32,000 bases of DNA from Candidatus Korarchaeum cryptofilum OPF8. GTDB taxonomy: Archaea; Korarchaeota; Korarchaeia; Korarchaeales; Korarchaeaceae. Positions within the stretch are counted from its first letter, which is position 1; the number at the start of each line of letters is the position of its first letter. This document shows positions 14,782-23,141 of this stretch, in pieces. Under the pieces are notes generated by a model that was given only the letters and a program-made list of their open reading frames with translations, did no database searches and was not told where the DNA came from. A program made the translations under genes and the position numbers. Location of the stretch: contig NC_010482.1 of the NCBI RefSeq assembly GCF_000019605.1, forward strand, positions 1,440,001-1,472,000. The letters run 5' to 3'.

Positions 14782-15671
14782 CGGGACCTTTGCAGGTCCC
14801 TCTGGACGGGAAAATCCCCTCTATATCCCCCTAGGACCGATCTGACAAGTTCCTTCACCAAGCTCTCCTTATCTATGCTCGAATCCCCGGTCTCGATCCT
14901 TTGGGGGAGCGTCATTAGGGCCGAAGTGTACCATTTCTCATCCCCTCCATCCATCAGGCTCGTTATCCTCGCTAAATCTATTGAGGAGCGGACGGAGCAC
15001 CCCCTAACTATGACAGGGTGCTCCCTAGTCTTCCTCACTATATCAACACTTATCTCAGCTATCCTCTCCTCCACATCGGGCACTTGAGCCTTGACTATCT
15101 CTATCTCCTCCTCCCTGCTCGGATATCCTAACTTTATCAGGACGAACCTATCCCTCAGTGCCTCGGATAATCTGTAGACCCCTATATCCTCCTCGGGGTT
15201 CTGAGTAGCTATTATCAGGAAGCCCTCCTTTGCCCTCAGAGTACCCAGGTGAGGTATCTGGATTATCCCCTCATCCATAGCGGGCAATAATGCATTCTGA
15301 GCGGATTCTGGGAGTCTATTCAGCTCATTTATGAATAAGATCGATCCTGAGAGGGCAGCTCTAGTTAGCGGACCTGGTACGAAGGCTTCCTCAACGTATC
15401 CCATCTTCAGGACGATGGGTGGATCCCAGTAACCGAGGAGCTTGTTCTCATCCAGCCTCTCATCACCATCTACCCTTATGAAATCTCGGCAGAGATACTC
15501 AGCGAGGGCTCTAGCTAGGAAAGTCTTTCCGACACCTACTGGACCCTCGAGAAGTATGTGCTTTCTCCCTCTTGCAGCTATTAGCATTTTAGCTAACTCC
15601 TCTCTCCTGCCGACTATCCCAAATCTCCTTCTTATCTCCTCAACTTCCCTGCTCAATTCCTTCGTCAGCAT
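14778..15671 (-). CDS. MoxR/AAA_5-type AAA+ ATPase
   Basis: 297-aa ORF with Walker A LLEGPVGVGKTFLA, Walker B ILFINELNR, sensor region IIATQNP and RDRF (arginine finger region). The short MoxR-like length fits. Confidence 0.8.
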   Translation of the reverse strand: MLTKELSREVEEIRRRFGIVGRREELAKMLIAARGRKHILLEGPVGVGKTFLARALAEYLCRDFIRVDGDERLDENKLLGYWDPPIVLKMGYVEEAFVPGPLTRAALSGSILFINELNRLPESAQNALLPAMDEGIIQIPHLGTLRAKEGFLIIATQNPEEDIGVYRLSEALRDRFVLIKLGYPSREEEIEIVKAQVPDVEERIAEISVDIVRKTREHPVIVRGCSVRSSIDLARITSLMDGGDEKWYTSALMTLPQRIETGDSSIDKESLVKELVRSVLGGYRGDFPVQRDLQRSR

Positions 15672-15756
15672 TCCCCGTATATATGTGCTACGGATATTTT
15701 AACCTTGAAGTCTAGGTGCGTCTCCATCAATAAAAATTTTAATAATAAATGCGATT

Positions 15757-16338
15757 CTATGGAAAAGTATTACTCATATTTAGCAGACAATCTATATATG
15801 TGCTCACTACACGGAATACATCATCCGGGCTGAGCCCAGTGGTATCTATCACGAGATGAAATGGGCTCAGGTCCTTACCGATATCGAAGCCATAAAGACC
15901 CTTATATATCTTATAGCTCCTCTCCTCCTTAATCATTATCCTCCTTTTAGCTTCCTCTATACTTATCTTATCCCTCTCGGCAACCCTCAGCGCTCTAGAT
16001 TCGAAATCCGCTTTCAAGAATATCTTTATACAGGAATCGCAGTCTAAAAGATAGGCCATCGTCCAGGAATCCAGAATATACCCTCCTTCCTTAGCGAGCT
16101 CCATCAGCCTCCTATCTACCTCCAGATCATACCTTGAGTCCTCAAGTCTACGCTCAAGCGCTGCTTCACCCTGCTCTCTCTCCCACCAACCTGGATCTCT
16201 CAAACTCTCCTTCCCCGCAATTATCTCCTTCAATATCTCTCCACCGGACACGACTTTCAACCCGTATCTCTCGGCTAGCTTCCTCGCTAGGGTGCTCTTT
16301 CCAGTCCCAGTCATACCGGAGAGGCATATGTTGAACAT
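15757..16338 (-). CDS. cmk: Cytidylate kinase, archaeal type
   Basis: 193-aa ORF with P-loop SGMTGTGKSTLA, the pattern ...VVSGGEILKE..., ILDSW and a C-terminal YGFDI...VIDT pattern, as in archaeal (d)CMP kinases. Confidence 0.75.
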   Translation of the reverse strand: MFNICLSGMTGTGKSTLARKLAERYGLKVVSGGEILKEIIAGKESLRDPGWWEREQGEAALERRLEDSRYDLEVDRRLMELAKEGGYILDSWTMAYLLDCDSCIKIFLKADFESRALRVAERDKISIEEAKRRIMIKEERSYKIYKGLYGFDIGKDLSPFHLVIDTTGLSPDDVFRVVSTYIDCLLNMSNTFP

Positions 16339-16348
16339 AGCTCACACC

Positions 16349-17323
16349 CTATACCAATGGCCAGGGCAGATCATCGGCCCTCCATTCGGGCAATATATTG
16401 GAGCCCATGGGGTCATCCGGGGGAAGAATATTATACTTGTAGCAGAGGAAGGCGGTCCAGGCTATCATAGCTCCATTATCCCTCGCTAAATCTGGCGGAG
16501 GTACCTTCAGTTTCGCGCCTCTTTCCTCACACATCTTCCTCACCTTCTCCCTGAATCTAGGTGATGCAGCTACCCCTCCAACTAATAATAGCTCCTCCTT
16601 ACCCGTGAGCGCTAGGGCCCTCTCAGCGACTTCTACTGTCATCGAGAAGGCTACTTCCATGAAGCTCCAGACGATATCCTCCTTCTTAAATCCAGCTCTC
16701 AACTTCCTCAGGGATTCCGTGAGCAGGCCGCTGAAGCTCAGATCCATCCCCTTCACAGTGTATGGAAGTTCCACCCAGTTACCTTCGATCTTATCCATTA
16801 TAGGGCCCGGTGGAAAGGGGAGACCCACTTCCCTGCCCAGCCTATCCTGCGCGTTCCCCAATCCTATATCCAAGGTCTCCCCTAGGACGACATATCTCCT
16901 ACCATTATGCGAGATGACTTGAGTGTTCCCTCCGGAGACGTAGAGGATCACTGGATCCCTGCTCCCCGTCACAGCCCTGCCTATCTCTATGTGAGCTATC
17001 GGATGATTCACACCGAAGAGGGGCCTCTCAATCTTCAATGAGAGGGATCTTGCTATGAAGGCCCCTACCGTCAGGGCTTGACCTATTCCCGGACCCCTTG
17101 AGAAACCTATAATGGATATATCCTTTGGAGAAACACCAGCTGAGGATAAGGCCTCCTCTAGAACATCGAGCGCTACATTAAAATGATGCTCAGCTATATC
17201 GTGGGGCCTCATTCCCCCGCTCTCCGAGGAGTAAGTATGCCATTTGTTAGCTAGTATCCTTCCCCTTCCATCCACTAAACCAACGCCGAAAGTGTGCGCT
17301 GTCGATTCTATGCCAAGGGAGAT
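16349..17323 (-). CDS. kae1: Kae1 (tRNA N6-adenosine threonylcarbamoyltransferase), start codon unresolved
   Basis: Kae1/TsaD motifs are present (VNHPIAHIE, YVSGGNTQV, ASKHA fold pattern). The frame is open upstream of the ORF-track GTG (17275) and encodes KISLGIESTAHTFGVGLV, the conserved N-terminus. There is no ATG/GTG/TTG there. ATC 17321-17323 after GAGGA is my best guess. Confidence 0.85.
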   Translation of the reverse strand: MSLGIESTAHTFGVGLVDGRGRILANKWHTYSSESGGMRPHDIAEHHFNVALDVLEEALSSAGVSPKDISIIGFSRGPGIGQALTVGAFIARSLSLKIERPLFGVNHPIAHIEIGRAVTGSRDPVILYVSGGNTQVISHNGRRYVVLGETLDIGLGNAQDRLGREVGLPFPPGPIMDKIEGNWVELPYTVKGMDLSFSGLLTESLRKLRAGFKKEDIVWSFMEVAFSMTVEVAERALALTGKEELLLVGGVAASPRFREKVRKMCEERGAKLKVPPPDLARDNGAMIAWTAFLCYKYNILPPDDPMGSNILPEWRADDLPWPLV

Positions 17324-17937
17324 CTTATCCTCAAATACTCCTTCATCACGAGGCTGAATGGCACATCCCCCTCCCTCACCAATACGGGCTCCCCCCTCGT
17401 TAAATCCACTATCGTAGATGGCCTGCTGGGAGGTAGCCTTCCATAATCCAAGAGGAGGTCGGCTTCTATCTCCATAGCCGCTTCTTCTGGGTCTAACTTA
17501 GGGGGGCTTCCTGATTTATTCGCACTAGTAGCTGTTATAGCTCCCCCGAACTCCCTTATGATCCTCAATATTATGGGGATATTGGGGATCCTTATCCCTA
17601 TTGCCTCCGGGTTTACGATGTCTGGGACTCTGGATGTCTTTTTAAGTATGAAAGTCACTTTTCCAGGTAAAAATTTTTCCATAAGTCTCCTACTGATCTC
17701 ATCAACTACCGCATACCTCTCAGCCATGTCTATATCGCTCACGGCTATCGTGAGCCTCTTCTCCTCGGGCCTCCCCTTCACCTCGTAAACTCTCCTGACA
17801 GCATCTATATTCTCAGCATCAGCCCCCAGGCCGTAAACGGTATCTGTCGGATAGATTATGAGCTTCCCCTTCCTCAAAGCATCGACTACCTCATCTATTG
17901 TACTTTCTCCCCCCTCCCTCAAGTATATCCTCCTCAT
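17308..17937 (-). CDS. sua5: L-threonylcarbamoyladenylate synthase, short YrdC-only form (Sua5/TsaC family)
   Basis: 209-aa ORF with motifs YPTDTVYGLGAD, KGRP, TATSANKSG and PSTIVDLT...VLVREG. It lacks the extra C-terminal SUA5 domain. Confidence 0.85.
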   Translation of the reverse strand: MRRIYLREGGESTIDEVVDALRKGKLIIYPTDTVYGLGADAENIDAVRRVYEVKGRPEEKRLTIAVSDIDMAERYAVVDEISRRLMEKFLPGKVTFILKKTSRVPDIVNPEAIGIRIPNIPIILRIIREFGGAITATSANKSGSPPKLDPEEAAMEIEADLLLDYGRLPPSRPSTIVDLTRGEPVLVREGDVPFSLVMKEYLRIRSPLA

Positions 17938-17956
17938 AACACGATCCCCCGGGATT

Positions 17957-17968
17957 CATTTTTTAATC
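17957..17968. promoter_or_regulatory. Single AT-rich element shared by divergent sua5 and map (bidirectional promoter candidate)
   Basis: CATTTTTTAATC is the only AT-rich block in the 58-bp spacer. It lies ~28 nt from ATG 17937 (minus) and ~31 nt from ATG 17996 (plus), which implies near-leaderless mRNAs. Confidence 0.4.
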
Positions 17969-17995
17969 AAGCGCAGGAGTGAAGTTGGAAGGCCC

Positions 17996-18901
17996 ATGGA
18001 TGAGGATCGCATAGATGCTATGCTGAGGCTAGGTGAGGTGCATTCCTCCATCTTAGAAAATTTCGTCAGTAGAGTGAGGGAGGGAGCCAGGCTCATCGAT
18101 ATAGCTGAGGAGTCAGAGCGTAGAATAAGGGAGATGGGATACGAGCCAGCTTTCCCGACTAACATCTCGGTAAATCAGATCGCAGCCCATTATACCCCAT
18201 TCCCGGGGGATGATGGCTCCATCCCCCCAAGCTCCTTGGTGAAGCTCGATATGGGGGCTCACGATAAGGGGATAATAGTGGACGCAGCTAGGACGGTCGT
18301 ACTCGATGATAGGTATGAGAATATGGCTGAAGTAGCTAGAGAGGCTTTGCTGAAAGCTATAGAGAGGATGGCCCCGGGGAGGAAGTTGATAGAGGTGAGC
18401 GAAGCGATATATGAGACGATAGTCTCCTCAGGCTATAAGCCCATAAGCAATCTGACTGGACACAAGATAGAGATTTACAGGTTGCATGCTGGTATAGATG
18501 TACCGAATGTACCGGTCAGGGGGAATTATAGGATCAAGGAGTGGGATGTTTTCGCGATAGAGCCTTTCGTCACTACACCGGACTCTAAAGGTTACGTAGT
18601 ATCCCAAGGCGAACCTCTCATATTCTCCCTCAGGAAGAAAGTGGGGACGAGGGACGAGGTGGAGAGGAAGGTCCTCAAGTCTATAGAGAGAAATTACAGT
18701 AAATTGCCCTTCTGCGAGAGGTGGATCTGGAATGAGATGGGGGCGAGGGTGAATGATGTCTTGATCCGCTTGACTAAGAAGGGAGCGCTATTTCCCTATC
18801 CTCCTCTCATCGAGGTCTCAGGGAGGCCCGTGGCTCAATATGAGGACACTATATTAGTGACTCCCGAGGGAGCGATAAACTTAACTGGTGGGAACAAATG
18901 A
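17996..18901 (+). CDS. map: Methionine aminopeptidase, type 2 (archaeal)
   Basis: About 301 aa from ATG 17996. It has pita-bread fold motifs (AFPTNISVNQIAAHYTP, VKLDMGAH..GIIVDAA, TGHKI, AIEPF, AQYEDTI). The ORF-track N-terminal 46 aa run through the divergent promoter and are rejected. Confidence 0.88.
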   Translation: MDEDRIDAMLRLGEVHSSILENFVSRVREGARLIDIAEESERRIREMGYEPAFPTNISVNQIAAHYTPFPGDDGSIPPSSLVKLDMGAHDKGIIVDAARTVVLDDRYENMAEVAREALLKAIERMAPGRKLIEVSEAIYETIVSSGYKPISNLTGHKIEIYRLHAGIDVPNVPVRGNYRIKEWDVFAIEPFVTTPDSKGYVVSQGEPLIFSLRKKVGTRDEVERKVLKSIERNYSKLPFCERWIWNEMGARVNDVLIRLTKKGALFPYPPLIEVSGRPVAQYEDTILVTPEGAINLTGGNK

Positions 18902-19308
18902 AGGTCAAGAGGAAGGGTACAAAGGCTGAGAGAGATCTCCTAGATAAGTTCTGGAGGCTAGGGATTGGAGCCGTGAGGGTGGCTGGGAGCGGGGCATCAG
19001 CTCACCCATCCACAGATATAATAGCGGGCTTCAGGGGGAGGATAGCTGTGATAGAAGTTAAGGTCTCCTCAAAGGAGGCCGTTTACATCCCTCCGGAGGA
19101 GGTCAGATCTATAAACTCACTCGCATCGGTTATAGGAGCCGAACCATGGGTCGCCGTGAAGTTCACATCGGAGAGGAGGGGGAACTTCTATATGCTCAAG
19201 ATAGATGATGCCAGAGAGCTGAAATCTGGGTATCTCGCTATAGATCTCGATCTCGCGAGATCCAAGGGGATCTCCGTTGAGGAATTCGCTAGGAGGATCA
19301 TGGCTTGA
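18898..19308 (+). CDS. hjc: Holliday junction resolvase Hjc
   Basis: 136-aa ORF. RKGTKAERDLLDKFWRLGIGAVRVAGSG...DIIAG...IEVK shows the E...D...ExK nuclease signature of archaeal Hjc. ATGA overlap with the map stop. Confidence 0.85.
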   Translation: MKVKRKGTKAERDLLDKFWRLGIGAVRVAGSGASAHPSTDIIAGFRGRIAVIEVKVSSKEAVYIPPEEVRSINSLASVIGAEPWVAVKFTSERRGNFYMLKIDDARELKSGYLAIDLDLARSKGISVEEFARRIMA

Positions 19309-20383
19309 ACCATCTTAACTTGTAGCTCAATATATCCTCTCCAGAGACTAGAGATACTACAAGCTCCTTCCTGACCGAAGTAGCGAGTCTACCGGCCCTT
19401 ATCAGATCTATGGGCTTTATCTTTCCCCTTACATCGCTCGCGATACAGAGGTAAGGTGCGTGTTCGAGGCCCGGTCCCCTCTCGTATATCATGTAATCGA
19501 CCCCGTACTTCGAGCCCGCCTTCGGGATGTACCCTAGATCCCTCCAGTAGGAGAACACTCTCTCCTTCACCTCGGCATTATCCCTAACCCCAGAGAAGAT
19601 ATTCCTCAGCTCTTCTAACCCTATAATATTCCCCTTAGGATCCCTGACCTTCAGCTTCCCCCTCGAGACTAGGTAGAGGGCCTCTATCAGGGGTAACTGG
19701 AGAGGTTGTTCGTAATCCTTGAACGGCTCCGGTTTCTCGATCCCTATTGGATGTCCCCAGAAGCCCCTAGAGTAGAGCCCGGATGGATCCTCAAATATTA
19801 GTACTCTATCGCCTATAAGGACCCCGGATTTCTCGGGTATATCCTTCAGGTTGCTCTCCCTTGGCTTAGGAGAGAACTTCTCTATCTCATAATATGTGAC
19901 GTTCATCTCATCATCCACTACTGCTAATATTAGCTCCTTCCTGAGCCTCATGACCTTCTCGAGGGAGGCCAATATCTGATCATGGGATATGGGTTGATCC
20001 TCAGAGAGGGGAAGGATCAATTGCTTAGAAGCTCTCTCCCCTATCGATGCCCCCTTCGGATAGAGCCTGAGGAATTCCGTAGCCCTCTCGTAAACAACTA
20101 GCCTGCTCCTCCTCCTGAGATCGCTATAGACCACGTACTTGAGGAAGGTAGCGGGATCATTTATCATTATAGTTAATAGGTCTTCGAAGCTAATGTTTTT
20201 TCCATTTTCATCAAAAACCTCCATCTTCTGCTCCCAAACTAAGTAGGAAGCTTCTAGGGGATGCATCTCTAGGGAGCCATCGACGATCTCCCCGTAGCCC
20301 TGCCTGTATAACTTATCGAAATCCGCCTCAACGTAGACGAACCCGTCCCTTAAGATGCCTCGAACTTTCGCCATCCGCTCCAC
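19298..20383 (-). CDS. endA: tRNA-splicing endonuclease, two-unit (duplicated) form
   Basis: 361-aa ORF. The C-terminal catalytic unit has SKYGVDYMIYE (Tyr), LEHAPYL (His) and SVRKELVVS (Lys). The N-terminal unit repeats the fold (RLRKELILAVVD) without an obvious His. Start is GTG 20383 or ATG 20374. Confidence 0.85.
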   Translation of the reverse strand: MERMAKVRGILRDGFVYVEADFDKLYRQGYGEIVDGSLEMHPLEASYLVWEQKMEVFDENGKNISFEDLLTIMINDPATFLKYVVYSDLRRRSRLVVYERATEFLRLYPKGASIGERASKQLILPLSEDQPISHDQILASLEKVMRLRKELILAVVDDEMNVTYYEIEKFSPKPRESNLKDIPEKSGVLIGDRVLIFEDPSGLYSRGFWGHPIGIEKPEPFKDYEQPLQLPLIEALYLVSRGKLKVRDPKGNIIGLEELRNIFSGVRDNAEVKERVFSYWRDLGYIPKAGSKYGVDYMIYERGPGLEHAPYLCIASDVRGKIKPIDLIRAGRLATSVRKELVVSLVSGEDILSYKLRWFKP

Positions 20384-20542
20384 CTTGAGAATGGATCTCT
20401 ATGGGAATTTACCTTAAAATCTTTGAGTAAGCGTCTCGAGATAGAATCCGGGGAGTTTAAACTTCCTTAAGCGGAATGTAGAGAGAAATTTGATCATTAG
20501 GCTGCGGATCCTAGCTTCATTCAAATGCCAAGAGCTCTCAGC

Positions 20543-21487
20543 TCACTTGGGAACTACCCTCCTATCCATCGCATTGAATATATTATTGAGGACATCCTCC
20601 GCGAATTCGAAACCTACGACAGGATCCTTTCCCCCTTTAATGCTCTCTATGAAATGCGAGAGCTCCTTATAAAGAGGCTCCTCCTTCCTCAATCTGGGGA
20701 TCAGGGAGTGATCTCCCTTCTCCACTCTTATGAACTGGTCCGCGTAGTCTAGGGATATACTCCCATCCTCTCCAGTGATCGTCATGCTCCTTATTCCAGC
20801 CGTGGTCAGCCAATTAGCTTCTATTATGGCTATCACGTTGCTCGGATATGAGGAGATGAGTATGGCCAGATCCTCGCCCTCTCCATCATTGAGAAGCCTA
20901 GCTGTGTAAGATAGGGAATCTAGAGGATCCTCATCCATGAGGTAGCGGTGAACGTAAGCTTCATGAATCCCTAGGTCCAAGATAACCCCTATCTTCCATC
21001 CAAGGATCTTCTTAGGAAGCCTGCCAGCTCTCCTCGAGGAAATAGAGGAGATGCTACCTATGATTTCATCCCTCAGTAGTTCCTTCAGCTTCACTACAGC
21101 AGGATTGAAGAGCTCTATGAAGCCGGGCATGAAGATACCGCCCTTCTTCACGAGGGAAGAGAGGAGAGAGAGCTCATTCCTACTCGTTACTATGGGTTTT
21201 TCAGTTAAAACGGAAACTCCAAGCTCTAAAGCCTCCTTAGTGACCTCAAATAGGTGCTGCGGCGTTACAACTACACTAACGGCATCCAAGGATTCCTTCC
21301 TTATCATCCCCTCGACTGAAGTGTAGTAATTCACGTGATAATATTCCGCGAGCCTCCTAGCAGCATTCTCATCTTTATCAGCTACGGCAACGAGTCTAGC
21401 ATCTCCTATAGCTCTGTAAACTCTAGCATGAGCGGAGCCGAACCAGCCGCATCCAATTACTCCAACCCTGACCTCCAAAGGGGGCAC
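20543..21487 (-). CDS. Gfo/Idh/MocA-family NAD(P)-dependent oxidoreductase
   Basis: 314-aa ORF with the N-terminal Rossmann motif VGVIGCGWFGSAHARVY and EKP motif (LTEKPI). GTG start. Confidence 0.75.
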   Translation of the reverse strand: MPPLEVRVGVIGCGWFGSAHARVYRAIGDARLVAVADKDENAARRLAEYYHVNYYTSVEGMIRKESLDAVSVVVTPQHLFEVTKEALELGVSVLTEKPIVTSRNELSLLSSLVKKGGIFMPGFIELFNPAVVKLKELLRDEIIGSISSISSRRAGRLPKKILGWKIGVILDLGIHEAYVHRYLMDEDPLDSLSYTARLLNDGEGEDLAILISSYPSNVIAIIEANWLTTAGIRSMTITGEDGSISLDYADQFIRVEKGDHSLIPRLRKEEPLYKELSHFIESIKGGKDPVVGFEFAEDVLNNIFNAMDRRVVPK

Positions 21488-21532
21488 CAGCCAACTATAT
21501 TTTTTTATTATTAAAATTATGAGGTGCCCGGT

Positions 21533-22378
21533 ATGGGAAAGCTCGGGGCTTATGTAGAGATATCCAGGCCTAAAAATGCGCTGATGTCTATATTAGGGAC
21601 CCTAACCGGATGGGTGAACTCGACGTCTGTTTATGATGGGAGGCTCATCCTGGCCTGCCTGATACCTCCCCTCGTTCTGATGGCCGGAAATGCGATAAAC
21701 GATTATTATGATGCTGAGATAGATGCAATAAATAAGCCTTACAGACCCATACCCTCCGGAAGGATATCCAAGAGGGAGGCCCTCAATATTTACATAGCTC
21801 TCTCATTATTCGGGATAGCTTTAAGCATTTTCTTGGGGTTCATTGAATTCTTAATAGTTACGGCTTTCTCCTTATCCTGGTACGCTTATGCGAGATGGTT
21901 GAAGAGGACCGGGGTCCCCGGGAACGCTCTCGTCAGCTTAGGGGTAGCGTTCACCCTCATATTCGGTTCACTAGCTGCCGGAAATCTGACAAATAAGGTG
22001 ATAATATTCTCCTCAGTGGCATTCACATCTAACTTAATCAGGGAATTCGTGAAAGCGGTGGAGGATCTACCTGGGGATAGGGCACACGGCGTGAGGACGA
22101 TAGCTGTTAGAATCGGTGTTAAGAGGACCGGTATATTGGTATTTCTACTGTCCCTAGCTACTGTTGTGTTAACAATACTCCCGGTAATCTTCAGGTTGAC
22201 TGGCATAATCTACCTCTCGCTATCAGTCATAATATCACTGCCAATACTGATGTTGGCCTCCGCTATATGCCTCAAAGGGAAATTGGAGGAGAGAGCTAGG
22301 GAAACTAGCAGCTTAATAAAGGTATCGATGTTCCTGGGGCTCCTCGGGATGCTGCTAGATCCATTTAGAGTAGTCTAA
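21533..22378 (+). CDS. UbiA-family prenyltransferase, probably digeranylgeranylglyceryl phosphate synthase
   Basis: About 281 aa with ~8 TM helices, first Asp-rich motif NAINDYYDAEIDAINKPYRPIPSG and second motif KAVEDLPGDRAHG. ATG 21533 follows GAGGTG; GTG 21524 is the alternative. Confidence 0.75.
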   Translation: MGKLGAYVEISRPKNALMSILGTLTGWVNSTSVYDGRLILACLIPPLVLMAGNAINDYYDAEIDAINKPYRPIPSGRISKREALNIYIALSLFGIALSIFLGFIEFLIVTAFSLSWYAYARWLKRTGVPGNALVSLGVAFTLIFGSLAAGNLTNKVIIFSSVAFTSNLIREFVKAVEDLPGDRAHGVRTIAVRIGVKRTGILVFLLSLATVVLTILPVIFRLTGIIYLSLSVIISLPILMLASAICLKGKLEERARETSSLIKVSMFLGLLGMLLDPFRVV

Positions 22379-23141
22379 GTAAGCTCTTCCTCTCAATCAC
22401 ACCTATCACTTTCTCACTGGAATCAACTACTGGGAGAGCCGGGAGTCCAGTGCTCAAGAAAGTTTCTTTTACATTCTTCAGATCATTAGAAAGCTTAGGA
22501 GGAGACTCGAGCATAATATCCTCAACTATGACCCTTCTAGCGACATCATCCATGTAAGTCCCCTCTATCCTATCTCTTACCTCAAAGAAAGCTTTTGCAA
22601 GTATCATCTCGGTTACTAAACCAATAAGCTTCCCTGAATCAACTACTGGAAGTATTCTTGCCCCTCTCTCCAACATTATGGCTCTGGCATGGACTATCCT
22701 CTCGTTGGGCATTATCTTAGGGTGCTCCCGTTTGATCAAGCTGGATAGATCGCCTCTCAATTCCATTTGTCTTATGATATCGCTCTCCGTGATCAAACCG
22801 ACGAGTTTCCCATTATTCAACACCGGAAGGAGGCTTATCCTCTTATCGAGCATGACCTTCGCTGCATCCAAGATATCCGCATCTTGCTCAATAGTTATAG
22901 GGGGCTCTGACATCAGAGCGCTGATGTATATCCTTCTAGCGGGTATCCTCTCGAATCGAGACGATCCCAAGCCATCCATCAGGTCCCTTACGCTCAGAAC
23001 TCCGACAAGCTTATCTCCCGATGTCACGATCAAGTGGCTTATCTTATTCCTCTCCATGAGGTCTAGGGCCCTCTCAACGGTATCACCCTTGTCTATGGAG
23101 ATGATATCCCTCACGATTATCTCACTAACTTTACGCGGCAT
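22365..23141 (-). CDS. Stand-alone CBS-domain protein (four CBS motifs)
   Basis: About 258 aa from ATG 23141. There are four repeats of the CBS pattern (hydrophobic strand-G-hhohoD). The start overlaps the upstream TAA by 11 nt. The ORF-track N-terminal 39 aa are rejected. Confidence 0.8.
   Translation of the reverse strand: MPRKVSEIIVRDIISIDKGDTVERALDLMERNKISHLIVTSGDKLVGVLSVRDLMDGLGSSRFERIPARRIYISALMSEPPITIEQDADILDAAKVMLDKRISLLPVLNNGKLVGLITESDIIRQMELRGDLSSLIKREHPKIMPNERIVHARAIMLERGARILPVVDSGKLIGLVTEMILAKAFFEVRDRIEGTYMDDVARRVIVEDIMLESPPKLSNDLKNVKETFLSTGLPALPVVDSSEKVIGVIERKSLLRLL

Noticed and set aside
17495-17510. C CCC CCT slippery-like heptamer in sua5 as a -1 frameshift site into the Kae1 frame
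   Set aside because: The -1 frame hits TAA (17498-17500) immediately after the run. The sua5 zero frame downstream also encodes the conserved PSTIVDLT...VLVREG C-terminus. I found no X XXY YYZ heptamer between that motif and the sua5 stop.
17858-17995. ORF-track N-terminal extension of the map ORF; similar extensions occur at uL3 (27821-27877), CBS (23142-23258), tpiA (11758-11772) and the peptidase-like ORF (6681-6770)
   Set aside because: The extensions run through promoters or upstream genes, start at weak alternative codons and encode low-complexity sequence. Downstream ATGs give family-typical N-termini.
20384-20542. 27-codon basic minus-strand ORF (MIKFLSTFRLRKFKLPGFYLETLTQRF) in the endA upstream spacer
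   Set aside because: It has no SD, no recognisable motif, and overlaps the probable endA promoter. The support is insufficient.
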